64,000 nucleotides of DNA, from the NCBI GenBank assembly GCA_016712665.1, contig JADJQP010000011.1:4824-68823 (forward strand), in the 5' to 3' direction. Made by a program: the position numbers and the translations under genes. This DNA is from Bacteroidota bacterium (GTDB taxonomy: Bacteria > Bacteroidota > Bacteroidia > Chitinophagales > Chitinophagaceae). Positions within the stretch are counted from its first letter, which is position 1. Each line of letters begins with the position of its first letter. The notes beneath the pieces are model-generated. The model was not told where the DNA came from. It ran no database searches and saw only the letters and a program-made list of their open reading frames with translations. This document shows positions 20,018-31,117 of this stretch, piece by piece.

Positions 20018-21101
20018 ATGAGTATCAAAAATAATTATGTAGCCATCATGGCTGGAGGCATTGGAAGCCGCTTTTGGCCTGAAAGTAGAAATGAACACCC
20101 AAAACAATTTCTGGATATTCTAGGTACCGGCAAGTCGCTTATTCAATGGACCTACGAACGATTTAAAAATATTTGCCCCAAAGAAAATATTTTCATCATA
20201 ACCAACGAGCATTATATACCAACCTTAAAGGAGCAACTCCCTGAAATTACAGACCAAAATATTTTAAGTGAGCCCTCCCGAAAAAATACGGCACCCTGTG
20301 CCGCTTATATTGCCCACAAGTTGCATGCCCTAAATCCAAATGCGAATATCATTATGAGCCCTGCCGATCATTTGATATTTGATGAACGAAAATTTGAGCG
20401 CGATATCATAAATGCCTTGGACTTTGTGAGTAAAAACGAAGTATTGGTGACATTGGGTATAAAACCAACCCGACCTGATACCGGATATGGCTATATTCAG
20501 TATGACACCAACAAAAATATTGACAACTTTTATAAGGTAAAAACCTTTACCGAAAAACCCTCCCACGAACTGGCGGAAACCTTTGTCCGAAGTGGCGATT
20601 TTTTATGGAATGCCGGCATTTTTGTTTGGAATGTGCAGTCTATTTTGGCCGAGTTGAATGAATACTTGCCAGAAATGAACGATGTATTTAGGCAGGTTAC
20701 TTCGTATAATAAACCAAAAGAATACGCCGACATTGAAAAAGTATATTCGCAATGCACCAATATTTCTATTGATTACGGAATTATGGAAAAAACCAAAAAG
20801 GTATATGTGATTCCCTCCTATTTTGGTTGGTGCGATTTTGGGAACCTGGAATAGTGCTTACGACAATTCAGAGAAAGATTACCTTGGAAATGCTGTGTAC
20901 GGAAAAAATGTGATGATTATTGATGCCTCACAATGCATGGTGAAGGCACCGGAAAACAAACTGATGGTTTTGCAGGGATTGGAGAATTTTATTATTATTG
21001 ATACTGATGACGTATTGCTCATTTGCGAACGTAGCCGTGAGCAACAGATTAAAGACTATGTAGCCGAGGTCCGAAGAAATAAAGGCGATAAATTTTTATA
21101 A
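20018..21101 (+). pseudogene. mannose-1-phosphate guanylyltransferase, 1-nt frameshift as sequenced
   Basis: N-terminus AIMAGGIGSRFWPESR...PKQFL is the nucleotidyltransferase signature. ORFs 20018..20854 and 20823..21101 join as FGWCD-LGTWNSAYDN if one T is removed from the T4 run at 20836..20839. Confidence 0.85.
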
Positions 21102-21131
21102 TATGCTGCCTCTTAATTCGTTTACAAACAA

Positions 21132-21810
21132 ATGAAAGCACTCGTACCACTTTTTGGACTATTTCTTCTTGCATTTTACGCAAAATCGCAGCCTACCCAT
21201 GGTGTTACATTCCAATTAGGCCTTGTGAATAATGTATTCAAATCGGAGGTTCCAAATGTCAAGAATGCCACCACACATTTTTTACCCTCCTATGCCTTTG
21301 AGTATGGAAAATATAGCGAAAATCTTTTTGGGGTGGTTGTGGAATTGGACTCAATGTGCGCAATATTCCCTTTTCAAATATGCAAATGGAAATGTAATAG
21401 GAGTGCAAACACCGGAATTCTGGTTTAAGGCGAAAACAGGTTTCCATATCCATAATGAATTCATGACCCACCTACCCTTTATTAGTTTGGGTATAGGCAA
21501 ATACGGACAAACAGAAACCTACTACAAAAATCAAAATGGCGTTTCGTACAACAATTTAGGAAATTATAAAAATTTCAATTTACAGACCGTGCTTCCCTTT
21601 ATGGAATTAGGAACCACACTTATTAATTCCTCCTTCGTCGAAAACAAGCGGAGCATTTTCATAACCTTTAGTGCACGATATTACCCGATGTCTATTTTTA
21701 AATCAAAAACCGAAATTGAGTACGAAATCGGCGAAACCGTTTTTATTCAATATCGCTTGATTGAATTTAACATCATTGCAGGGATTCAAAAAAATCTAAG
21801 AAAAAACTAG
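21132..21810 (+). pseudogene. hypothetical secreted / outer-membrane protein, frameshifted as sequenced
   Basis: ORF 21132..21428 carries the signal peptide MKALVPLFGLFLLAFYAKSQ. The overlapping ORF 21232..21810 continues with an aromatic-rich alternating pattern. The switch point lies somewhere in 21232..21428. Confidence 0.45.
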
Positions 21811-21845
21811 GGCCTCGAAAATCCATCTTATTCTTATTCCAATGT

Positions 21846-21877
21846 GATTTATTAAATAGTCTGATATTTAATAAATC
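21846..21877. terminator. perfect 13-bp AT-rich inverted repeat between convergent genes (possible bidirectional terminator)
   Basis: GATTTATTAAATA-gtctga-TATTTAATAAATC. Confidence 0.3.
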
Positions 21878-22040
21878 GTAGAGTGACAAACCTTTACGCC
21901 TATAGAGCAAGTCAGTCTGTGCCGATTTAGAATTGGTTTGTGAACAATAAGCATTACAAATTATGAATCAGCAATTGAAACAAAAATTTAGAACAAGATA
22001 TGGAACGAAATTATGAACTATTGCATTTGTCACTTCGGTA

Positions 22041-22436
22041 TTAAAACACTTTCTTTCGCAAACTCTTCAACTCAGCTCTCTTTTTCTTATGGTCAAGTCT
22101 CTTTTCCTTAATTGCCTTGGGTAATTTGGTAGGTTTTCGCTCAACCTTCTTGTGTAACGCCTTTACCAGTATCTCGTTCAGCTTTTTGACCGCCTTTTCT
22201 TTGTTTGCCAATTGCGTTCGATCCTCATTACATTTTACAATGAGCACTCCGTCTTTAGAAATTCGATGTTGTAATTTCTCCTTCAATACTAATTTTTGAT
22301 CTTCATCAAAGGCAGATGTATGATCTACGTTCCAACGAACTTCAACCTGGGTTTCTACCTTATTGACATTTTGTCCTCCCTTGCCTCCACTGCGAGAGGT
22401 TCGAATTGTTATTTCCTGCGTTATGTCAAAATTCAT
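22041..22436 (-). CDS. arfB: alternative ribosome-rescue factor ArfB (peptidyl-tRNA hydrolase, RF-1 domain)
   Basis: 131 aa with a GGQ motif (SRSGGKGGQNVNKVET) and a basic C-terminal tail. Confidence 0.88.
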   Translation of the reverse strand: MNFDITQEITIRTSRSGGKGGQNVNKVETQVEVRWNVDHTSAFDEDQKLVLKEKLQHRISKDGVLIVKCNEDRTQLANKEKAVKKLNEILVKALHKKVERKPTKLPKAIKEKRLDHKKKRAELKSLRKKVF

Positions 22437-22493
22437 GATTTATATCTTAATTTGTGCAACAATCTATTTTAGTAATAGCAAAATTAAGCAATA

Positions 22494-22946
22494 ATGCGAG
22501 CCGTCATACAAAGAGTTACACAGGCATCAGTTACAATCAATGAAAACGTTTATAACTCCATTGAAAATGGACTACTAGTTTTGTTAGGTATTGAAGAAAA
22601 TGACACTGAGGAGGATATAAAATGGCTGAGTTCAAAAATTGTGAATATGCGCATTTTTAGTGATTCAAATGGACTCATGAATCTAGCATTAAAAGAGGTG
22701 GATGGCGACATTCTTTTGATCAGTCAGTTTACATTATACGCCTCTACCAAAAAAGGAAATCGCCCTTCCTTTTTGCAATCAGCCAAACCGGATATTGCAA
22801 TACCCATTTATCAAAAAATGATTCAACAACTAGAAGAAACCCTCGAAAAAAAAATTCATACAGGGCAATTTGGTGCTGATATGAAAGTAGCCTTATGGAA
22901 CGATGGCCCGGTAACAATTTGTATCGACTCTAAAAACAAAGAATAA
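22494..22946 (+). CDS. dtd: D-aminoacyl-tRNA deacylase
   Basis: 150 aa with MRAVIQRV start, SQFTLYA and NDGPVT motifs. Confidence 0.92.
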   Translation: MRAVIQRVTQASVTINENVYNSIENGLLVLLGIEENDTEEDIKWLSSKIVNMRIFSDSNGLMNLALKEVDGDILLISQFTLYASTKKGNRPSFLQSAKPDIAIPIYQKMIQQLEETLEKKIHTGQFGADMKVALWNDGPVTICIDSKNKE

Positions 22947-22951
22947 CACTT

Positions 22952-23278
22952 ATGCATATTAAGGAACTGCAAACACAGGTAGACGAATGGATTCAAACGT
23001 ATGGTGTGAAGTACTTTTCGCCCCTTACTAATTTGGGCATCCTAATGGAGGAAGTAGGCGAGGTATCGCGCATAATGGTGAGAGAATATGGGGAACAAAG
23101 TAAAAAAGAAAGCGATGAAGGTAAAAACCTAGCTGATGAATTGGCCGATGTACTTTGGGTCCTAAGCGCTATTGCCAATCAATGTGGCGTAGATCTTGAA
23201 CTTGCCCTAAAAAATAATATGGCAAAAAAGACTGCCAGAGATAAGAAACGTCATCAGAATAATGAGAAACTGCAATAA
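22952..23278 (+). CDS. MazG-like nucleotide pyrophosphohydrolase
   Basis: 108 aa with EEVGEVSR and LADELADVLW helices, typical of the MazG/all-alpha NTP-PPase fold. Confidence 0.75.
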   Translation: MHIKELQTQVDEWIQTYGVKYFSPLTNLGILMEEVGEVSRIMVREYGEQSKKESDEGKNLADELADVLWVLSAIANQCGVDLELALKNNMAKKTARDKKRHQNNEKLQ

Positions 23279-23424
23279 GTAATAGGAAAAGAATCGAGAT
23301 CAAACTATCTGGAGTTTCCAACATTAGAAAAGTATTTTTCTCAAGTAGATACACTCAACGTTTCCAACGTTTGGAACATTAGAAAAGTTTTCCTTATAAT
23401 AAATGGTAGCAAAGGTAAGTAGCC

Positions 23425-23432
23425 TATCTTTG
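23425..23432 (+). promoter_or_regulatory. candidate Bacteroidota -7 promoter box
   Basis: TATCTTTG matches TAnnTTTG exactly, 32 nt upstream of the ATG at 23464. Confidence 0.3.
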
Positions 23433-23463
23433 TACAAGCAACTCTTCAAGAGGGTGCTTTACT

Positions 23464-24291
23464 ATGAAACCACTTTCAAATCATGTGCTCATTTACGACA
23501 AGGATTGCCCCCTTTGCACTACTTATACCAAACTATTTCTGAAATATGGATTTTTAGATGAAAACGGCAGAAAGGCCTATCAGGAAATGGATTTTTTCAA
23601 TACGCTAATTGATGCAGAAATAGCCAAAAATAAAATAGCCTTATACAATTCCGTTACCGGGGAAGTAAGCTATGGCATTGATGCCCTTACAAAAGTTCTA
23701 GGTCATAGGATTCCATTTATTTCGTTTTGTATGAAGTGGAAAGCTGTGCATTGGTTTATGACACAGTTCTATAGTTTGATTTCGTACAATAGAAAAATTA
23801 TCATTCCGGTTAATTGCAAGAATTTGACGAGTTGCAATCCAAGTACAAATTGGTTCTGGCGAATTGCCTTTGTGCTACTATGCCTGTTACCGATACAATT
23901 CGCAACCACCACAATTCACCAGCTGCTTGCGTTTGTGCCCTTTAAGCAAACCACGCTACTGCATGGAAATATGGCATTTCTTTCCCTGCTATTTTTACAG
24001 ATTCTCAGCTGCAAAGTTTTTGGAGAAAAAAATGTATACGATTATATCGGGCATTTCTCTTTCATATCAGCAGTAGGAGCATGTATGCTCACAGTCCTAT
24101 ACGCATTAATGAAATGGTTCATCTCCTTTCATCTGCCCTTCGAAATATTAGGAAGCATTGGTTGTGGACTCATTTTCGTTTGGATGCTCGTTGAACATCA
24201 TCGCCGTATGAAACTATTGGATATGTCCCAGCGCCTTACTGGAAGTTGGATCTTTTTTATGATTTCGATGGCAGGCATCTTCTATTTCTGA
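23464..24291 (+). CDS. DCC1-like thiol-disulfide oxidoreductase domain fused to a multi-TM C-terminal region
   Basis: The N-terminal IYDKDCPLCTTY (D-x-x-C-x-x-C) motif is typical of the DCC/DUF393 family. Several hydrophobic helices follow. Confidence 0.6.
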   Translation: MKPLSNHVLIYDKDCPLCTTYTKLFLKYGFLDENGRKAYQEMDFFNTLIDAEIAKNKIALYNSVTGEVSYGIDALTKVLGHRIPFISFCMKWKAVHWFMTQFYSLISYNRKIIIPVNCKNLTSCNPSTNWFWRIAFVLLCLLPIQFATTTIHQLLAFVPFKQTTLLHGNMAFLSLLFLQILSCKVFGEKNVYDYIGHFSFISAVGACMLTVLYALMKWFISFHLPFEILGSIGCGLIFVWMLVEHHRRMKLLDMSQRLTGSWIFFMISMAGIFYF

Positions 24292-24356
24292 TAAAATTTC
24301 TAAGGTCATTTTAGATATGAAATAACAGACCTGTGTAACTATCTTTACCAATTCAG

Positions 24357-26003
24357 ATGGGCATTCTCTTAACGACATTAAATTCAAAATACATACATAG
24401 CAATCTTGCGATTCGCTTATTATATCAATTGAATAAAGAGATTGCCGACCTCTCTTGGAAAGAATTCACCATTAAAGAGCCGCAGGATGCGATTGCACGA
24501 TATTGCGCAGATTTTGAAGTGGTGGCTTTTAGTGTTTATATCTGGAATATCACTCCTACCCTTGAGGTTTGCCAGAAAATTAAAGTACTTAATCCCTCCA
24601 CAAAAATAATGTTGGGTGGTCCTGAGGTAAGTTACGAATACGAGCCAATCATCATGCTGGATTCTGTCGATTTTATTGTGGTGGGTGAAGGAGAGATTCC
24701 CTTTAGTAGATTCGTTCAAAATTTCCCTGCGGAAGAAATTATTCCCGGAATCGTTTCAAAAAAGAACGGTCAAATTTTCTACTTACCGAATACGACGGAT
24801 TTCGAATTAGCTTCCCTTGAAACCATTAACCCATATATAGATGACGACCCTGCTGACTTACTCAACAAAGTATTATATGTAGAAACCTCAAGGGGTTGCC
24901 CATATAAATGTGAATTCTGTTTGGCAAGTCTTGACAATAAAGTCCGCTATCTACCCATGGACCGCATCAAACAAAATTTAGACTACCTGATGCAATATGG
25001 ACGGGTCATAAAATTTCTTGATAGGACTTTTAATGTAAAAAAAGATTTTACCATTGAGGTCTTTCAATTTATTCTGGATCATCATCAACCAGGAAATATT
25101 TTCCAATTTGAAATTACGGCAGACATCCTACACCCCGACATTATTCAGTACATAAAGGAAAAGGTCCCCAAGGGATTGTTCCGATTTGAAATTGGCATAC
25201 AAACGGTCAATCAGGTGGCTAACCTAGAGGTGAACAGAAAACAAAATTTTTTCAAAACAAAAGATGTCATTCATCAAGTTCGAGATAAAATCGAAATGCA
25301 CCTTGATTTGATAGTGGGCCTTCCTTTCGACTATTGGAATGATGTAAAAAATAGCATTGAAGAGGTCTTTAAAATATTTCCACCTGAACTACAACTTGGT
25401 TTTCTCAAATTTTTGAAAGGCACCCCGGTTCGTGAAAAATATGAAGAGCACCAATACGTATTTGATCCAAATCCTCCCTATCAAATCATTGAAAGCAAGT
25501 ACCTGAGTCGTGACGAATTGTATCAAATTACTCAACTTGAATTTGCACTCGAAGCCTATTGGAATAAAAAACGTCTTCTACATACTTTACAATATGTAAC
25601 GATTCATTATAGCATCTTTGATTTTTTATTAGGACTTGGAATCTACTTTGAAAAGCGATCGGATTATCACAAGCATACCCTTTTACAAATTTATGAAATT
25701 GCCTATGAGTATATTTTGCATCAATTTCCGGATGATAAAATCCTGCATCAATTATTTGCCATAGATTATTATCTACAACATAAAATCAAACCCAAAATTC
25801 TTTTCATGGAAGAATTGCCACGGGCTGAAAAAAATCAGTTGATAGAGACCCTACAATTGAATCATCATCAGTTTCGATACGGCGTATTCTCTATTGATTT
25901 CAATTTTGAAACATTCAAAAGCCTTCTTGAAATAAAATTAAACCGGGAACTACTAATCATTCAATATAGCGGCACACAGGCTGCCACTGTGATTCGCACT
26001 TAG
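24357..26003 (+). CDS. B12-binding domain-containing radical SAM protein (DUF4080-type C-terminus)
   Basis: 548 aa with an N-terminal cobalamin-binding-like domain and a radical SAM CxxxCxxC motif (SRGCPYKCEFCLAS). Confidence 0.8.
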   Translation: MGILLTTLNSKYIHSNLAIRLLYQLNKEIADLSWKEFTIKEPQDAIARYCADFEVVAFSVYIWNITPTLEVCQKIKVLNPSTKIMLGGPEVSYEYEPIIMLDSVDFIVVGEGEIPFSRFVQNFPAEEIIPGIVSKKNGQIFYLPNTTDFELASLETINPYIDDDPADLLNKVLYVETSRGCPYKCEFCLASLDNKVRYLPMDRIKQNLDYLMQYGRVIKFLDRTFNVKKDFTIEVFQFILDHHQPGNIFQFEITADILHPDIIQYIKEKVPKGLFRFEIGIQTVNQVANLEVNRKQNFFKTKDVIHQVRDKIEMHLDLIVGLPFDYWNDVKNSIEEVFKIFPPELQLGFLKFLKGTPVREKYEEHQYVFDPNPPYQIIESKYLSRDELYQITQLEFALEAYWNKKRLLHTLQYVTIHYSIFDFLLGLGIYFEKRSDYHKHTLLQIYEIAYEYILHQFPDDKILHQLFAIDYYLQHKIKPKILFMEELPRAEKNQLIETLQLNHHQFRYGVFSIDFNFETFKSLLEIKLNRELLIIQYSGTQAATVIRT

Positions 26004-26902
26004 TAATGTGCAATAAATTGATACAGGTTAAAATCTCCCGCTTCAATTTTCTTTCGTATTTGAATTTTCAAATCCTCTCTTGCGACGTCTTTCATTCGTT
26101 TATGCTGAATCAATTGAAATGCCTTCATAGCATACATTTCGAGTTTTCGATCTTGGTTGCGGTTTACAAAAACCTGATGACTTTCAATGGCATGAATAAC
26201 TTCTTCGATTCCTTGTTCTTCGGATGCAATCGTCTTAATAACCGGAATTTCCCAGACACCTGCTTTACTATGAGAAAGTAATTTTAAGTTCTTTACAAAA
26301 TCATCCGCATTCTTTCGATCTCCTTTATTGACAATAAAAATATCGGCAATTTCCATCAAACCGGCCTTCATCGTTTGTATTTCATCACCTGCTTCAGGCA
26401 CTAATGTGACCAAGGTAGTATCTGCAATACCAGCTATTTCTACCTCACTTTGACCAACACCAACCGTTTCCACAAAAATATAATCGAAGTTCGCTGCCCT
26501 GAGTACCTCCAACATCTCAATGATATGAGCACTTAAGCCCCCAAGAGACCCTCGGCTGGCTACAGACCGTATATACACATTCGGATTCAAGTAGTAATCG
26601 GCCATTCGAATCCGATCGCCCAACAAGGCCCCCAAATTAAACGGCGAAGATGGATCTACCGAGATCACTGCAATCTTCATTTCATTTTTTGTCAAAAAAT
26701 GCAGTATTGCATTCACCAATGTGCTTTTGCCGGCACCGGGTGGACCGGTAATGCCAACTACTTTGCTCACCGGATTGGGCATTAATTGGCAGAGTATAGC
26801 ATCTGCCTCAGGCAATTGATTTTCAACCTGAGTGAGTGCTCGGGCAATGGTATAAAAATCGCCCTCCTTAATTTTACGAATTATAAATTCAGCACGTTGC
26901 AC
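26000..26902 (-). CDS. MeaB/ArgK-like G3E-family GTPase (methylmalonyl-CoA mutase-associated type)
   Basis: 300 aa with the GITGPPGAGKSTL P-loop, ETVGVGQSE and NKGD motifs. GTG start. Confidence 0.85.
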   Translation of the reverse strand: MQRAEFIIRKIKEGDFYTIARALTQVENQLPEADAILCQLMPNPVSKVVGITGPPGAGKSTLVNAILHFLTKNEMKIAVISVDPSSPFNLGALLGDRIRMADYYLNPNVYIRSVASRGSLGGLSAHIIEMLEVLRAANFDYIFVETVGVGQSEVEIAGIADTTLVTLVPEAGDEIQTMKAGLMEIADIFIVNKGDRKNADDFVKNLKLLSHSKAGVWEIPVIKTIASEEQGIEEVIHAIESHQVFVNRNQDRKLEMYAMKAFQLIQHKRMKDVAREDLKIQIRKKIEAGDFNLYQFIAHY

Positions 26903-27010
26903 AATTTCTGACTAGATTTTAAGTTTGGTAGTATTACAAAGCAAAAGTAATCTTCCAATAGCTTACTTTGCAATAAATTGAATTTATATTAGCGTAAATT
27001 TTTAGAGCAG

Positions 27011-28218
27011 TTGAAAAATAGATTATTCGGATTCCTTCAAATTCTGCCACATGATGTGTTTACTTTTGTTGGCTGTGTAACGGTCATCGTTGGGATGTAT
27101 TTGTCTAGAGCCATGATTAGTATCGGCATGATAACGCTCATTTCTTCTGCATTATTAAATGTCAAGTTGTTTTCAAACCTAAGAAGTTTTATTCAGAAGC
27201 CTCATTTACTAATGATTACAGGATACTTCTTACTCTTTGCCCTTTCCTACTTCTGGTCCGACGATATCCACTATTACAAAGAGCGCATGCAAATCATGAT
27301 TCCCTTTTTAATATTGCCCTTTTCTTTCATTGCTATGAATCGGTGGGAATTGCGTTGGTACGACCTATTAATGCTGCTTTTTATTCTACTCAATTTATCC
27401 GGTATCGGATGGAGTTTGCATGAATATTATCAGCAAAAGGAACAGTTCGATATTGGGTATGGTTTTTCAAAAGTAATTCCCACCCCTTTCAAAAATGATC
27501 ATATTCGGTTCAGTTTGGCAGTGGTTATGAGTATATGCTTCTGTGTTGATTTATTTTCTCGATACAGTCTGCCTTTTATCAGGGCGCTATTGATTCTGGT
27601 TATTTTTATTGACATTGCCTATATCCACATTCTATCTGCCAAAACAGGAATCGTAGCGTTTTATCTTGTGGCCTTGATTTTTATTATTCAGATTATTTTT
27701 TCTACCAAATTTCGAAAATTGGGTGTCGCTTCTCTTTTTGTAATCGCCACCCTACCCTTTATCATGTACCTGATATTTCCATCCTTTAAAAACAAAATCG
27801 GCTATTTCAGGTATTCGCTTGAGCAAATGAACAATACTGAAAAAGAGGCTAATATCAGTGATGAGGGACGCTTGATTTCATATCAATATGCACTTGAAAT
27901 CATTCGCAACCACCCTATTATCGGTGTGGGAATTGGAGATGTGTATGGCCAAATGAAACAACGATATAGCAGAGATTTTCAGGACAAAGAAGTAACCACG
28001 CTTTTACCGCATAATCAGTTTTTAATGGCCGGTGTTGGATTAGGAATAATTGGAATACTATACCTACTTCTGTTGCAATTTTCGATTTTCAAATTGGTAA
28101 AAAGAATGATTTCCTTTACTTGAGTTTTTGTATCGTCATGTTGTTTACCATGATGATAGAACCCTCTACGAAACACAATACGGCACTTGTATCTTTTTGT
28201 TTTTCCTTTTACTGTTGA
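27011..28218 (+). pseudogene. O-antigen ligase-like polytopic membrane protein; C-terminal ~40 codons in another frame as sequenced
   Basis: ORF 27011..28123 is polytopic with a Wzy_C-like loop (...TLLPHNQFLMAGVGLGIIG). Frame 1 continues as GKKNDFLYLSFCIVMLFTMMIEPSTKHNTALVSFCFSFYC to the TGA at 28216..28218. The frames join if one A is added to the A5 run at 28099..28103. Confidence 0.5.
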
Positions 28219-28332
28219 TGAAACGATCGAAATACTATTTGGCGTAATCGCTTCTAAAAAGGGTGTTTAGGCATCCACTCGATTCCATTCAAATGGTTTT
28301 AATAATTAAATCCTTTTATCAAAAAAACTTGT

Positions 28333-31116
28333 ATGTACTATCTTTACCAGATGAAATCATTTTTATTCATTACTACCATCGCCTTCAACGCCATGTGCGC
28401 TGCTTGGCATCCTATATACGCCCAGCAAAACACTATAAACCTGACCCGATATGTGAATCCATTTATTGGTACCGGTGGGCATGGACATACATTTCCCGGC
28501 CCCACCTTTCCATTTGGAGCCTGCCAACTGAGCCCCGATACCCGTCTAAGTGGGTGGGATGGCTGTAGTGGCTATCATTATAGCGACTCACTCATTTACG
28601 GATTCAGTCATACACATCTCAGTGGCACCGGGTGTAGTGACTATGGTGATATTTTATTAATGCCTACCACTAAAGATTTACCCTTAGATAATTATCAATA
28701 TGCTTCACCCTTTTCTCATGCAAAAGAAAAAGCAGCAGCCGGCTATTATCAGGTTTATTTAGAGAAACCAAACATCAATGCAGAGCTAACCTCTACGTTA
28801 CATGGAGGCATACACAGATATTCCTTTCAAGAAAATGATAAACAATACGTAGTGCTCGATTTGAAACATAGAGATGAGCTATTGGACAGTAAAATGGAAA
28901 AAATAGATGACTACACAATCAGAGGATATCGTTTTTCCAAAGCATGGGCAAAAGAACAAAAAGTATTTTTGAAATCACCTTTTCAAAACCCATTGAATCC
29001 ATCCAATATGATGCGCCCCAATCTGCAAGTCAAACCACACCGGTTCGAATGGACAAATCGTTGCATGCCATTCTAACTTTTCAAAACCAAACAAACCCTG
29101 ATGATCTAGTGGCTAATCCATTACAACTACTGGTGAAAGTTAGCATCAGCGGCGTAGACGAAGAAGGAGCCCACAATAACTTGCAAATTGAAATGCCTCA
29201 TTGGGATTTCAACAAGTATCAGAGAGCTGCTGAGCGAAGATGGGAAGAGGAACTTTCTAAAATACAAGTAAATCCGTTTGAAAATGGTAAAATGACCGAT
29301 AAAAATAAATTGACTATCTTTTATACAGCGCTCTATCATTGCATGATTCACCCAAGTATTTATAGCGATGCGGATGGACGGTATCGCGGACGTGATGATA
29401 AAATTCACAATACAGAAGGCAAATTCGATTACTATACGGTCTTTAGTTTGTGGGATACATACAGAGCCCTGCATCCCTTACTTTCTATTCTTGATCCTAA
29501 ACGAACCAATGATTTTATTAATACGTTTATTAAGCAATACGAATACGGAGGGCGATTGCCTATTTGGGAGCTAAGTAGTAATGAAACCAATTGTATGATT
29601 GGATATCATGTAGTGAGTGTGATTTGGGATGCATACCATAAAGGTATCAGAGATTATGATGTGGAGCTTGCTTATGAAGCCATGACCAAAATTGCCACGC
29701 ATTACAACGATTATGAGGGGGAAGGGCTCGATATGAAATTAAAAGAGAGTGCCCGAAAGGGTGCCGCTGATGCCGATGCCTTAGAAAGTTATTGCAAATT
29801 TGGATATGTACGTTCCGACGACTCACATGAGAGCGTGAGCAAAACCTTAGAATATGCCTACAATGATTGGTGCATTGCAAATATGGCCAATGCCTTAGGA
29901 AAGAACGAAGACTACCAATATTATTTTCGACGCTCACAAAACTGGAAAAATGTGTATGACCCCAATACGCAATTTATGAGGGGCAAAAAAAATGCTGCTT
30001 GGATAGAGCCCTTTACACCCTATTTGGTTGACAATAATTATACCGAAGCCAATTCGTGGCAATACAGTTTTTATGTACCCCATGCCATTCCAAGTATGAT
30101 CACAATAGAAAAACAGGGCGATTTTTCTAAAAAACTAGATGCCCTTTTTGCAGCAAATGAAAAAACTGAAGGAAGAGAGCAGGCAGATATTACCGGTTTG
30201 ATTGGTCAGTATGCACATGGAAATGAACCAAGTCATCACATCGCGTATTTATATAATCACACCTTTGAATTTCAAAAGACAAAAAACAATCTTAAAAAAA
30301 TTACCGATGACTTTTATACCAATAATCCCGATGGATTGATTGGAAACGAGGATTGTGGACAAATGAGTGCTTGGTATGTTTTTTCAGCATTGGGATTCTA
30401 TCCGGTTTGTCCCGGCAATAACAAATATGAGATGGGGACGATGCTTTTTGATCAAATCAAAATCAATAATGGAAGGGAGCGAAAAGACTTGTCTAAAAGT
30501 TCTATAGATCAGCAATTGGAAGAAAATCCAAATCTTGAATGGAATCATGGTCCCTACAATTTTCTGAATATCGGCGAAAAGCTCCAAATCGCCTCCGTTG
30601 CAATCACCAATGCAGGTTGCCCATTTTACTAAATTGCCCACCGATCGAAAAATATATTTAGCAAATACCTACAGCAAAACATATAGCGCAGGGGGCGCTG
30701 ATGCATTGAAAGATGGCATTTATGGAAAAGTAAACTGGCGTGCCGGCGATTGGCAAGGCTATCAGGGGCAAGATATCGAAGTGGTGATGGCATTTGATCA
30801 GCCAAGAGAAATAAAATCAATGGCTGCCAATTTTCTGGAAGATCAAAATTCTTGGATTTTTTATCCGAAAGAAGTGCTTTTTTATGCAAGCAACGATTCC
30901 CTACACTGGACTTTAATAGAACAAATTGTAACCCATAAATCGGACCACGATGAAACGACCAGTATTTCTAAATTTGAAACAACCATTCGCAACATCAAAA
31001 AGCAAACGTATAAATATGCCAAACTGAAAGCCATTCATTTTGGATCCATGCCCGATTGGCACGAAGGAAGAGGGAACCCTACCTATATTTTTATTGATGA
31101 ATTTGAGGTACAATAA
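28333..31116 (+). pseudogene. GH92 alpha-mannosidase with C-terminal discoidin/F5-8-type-C-like domain, two frameshifts as sequenced
   Basis: GH92 motifs are present: GTGGHGHTFPGPTFPFG, FSHTHLSGTG, HGNEPSHHIAYLY and GNEDCGQMSAWYVFSALGFYP. ORFs 28333..29076, 28944..30632 and 30598..31116 overlap. Shift 1 is at the T5 run 28966..28970 (...KEQKV-FFEITFSKPIE). Shift 2 lies within 30568..30632. Confidence 0.88.
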
Positions 31117-31117
31117 T

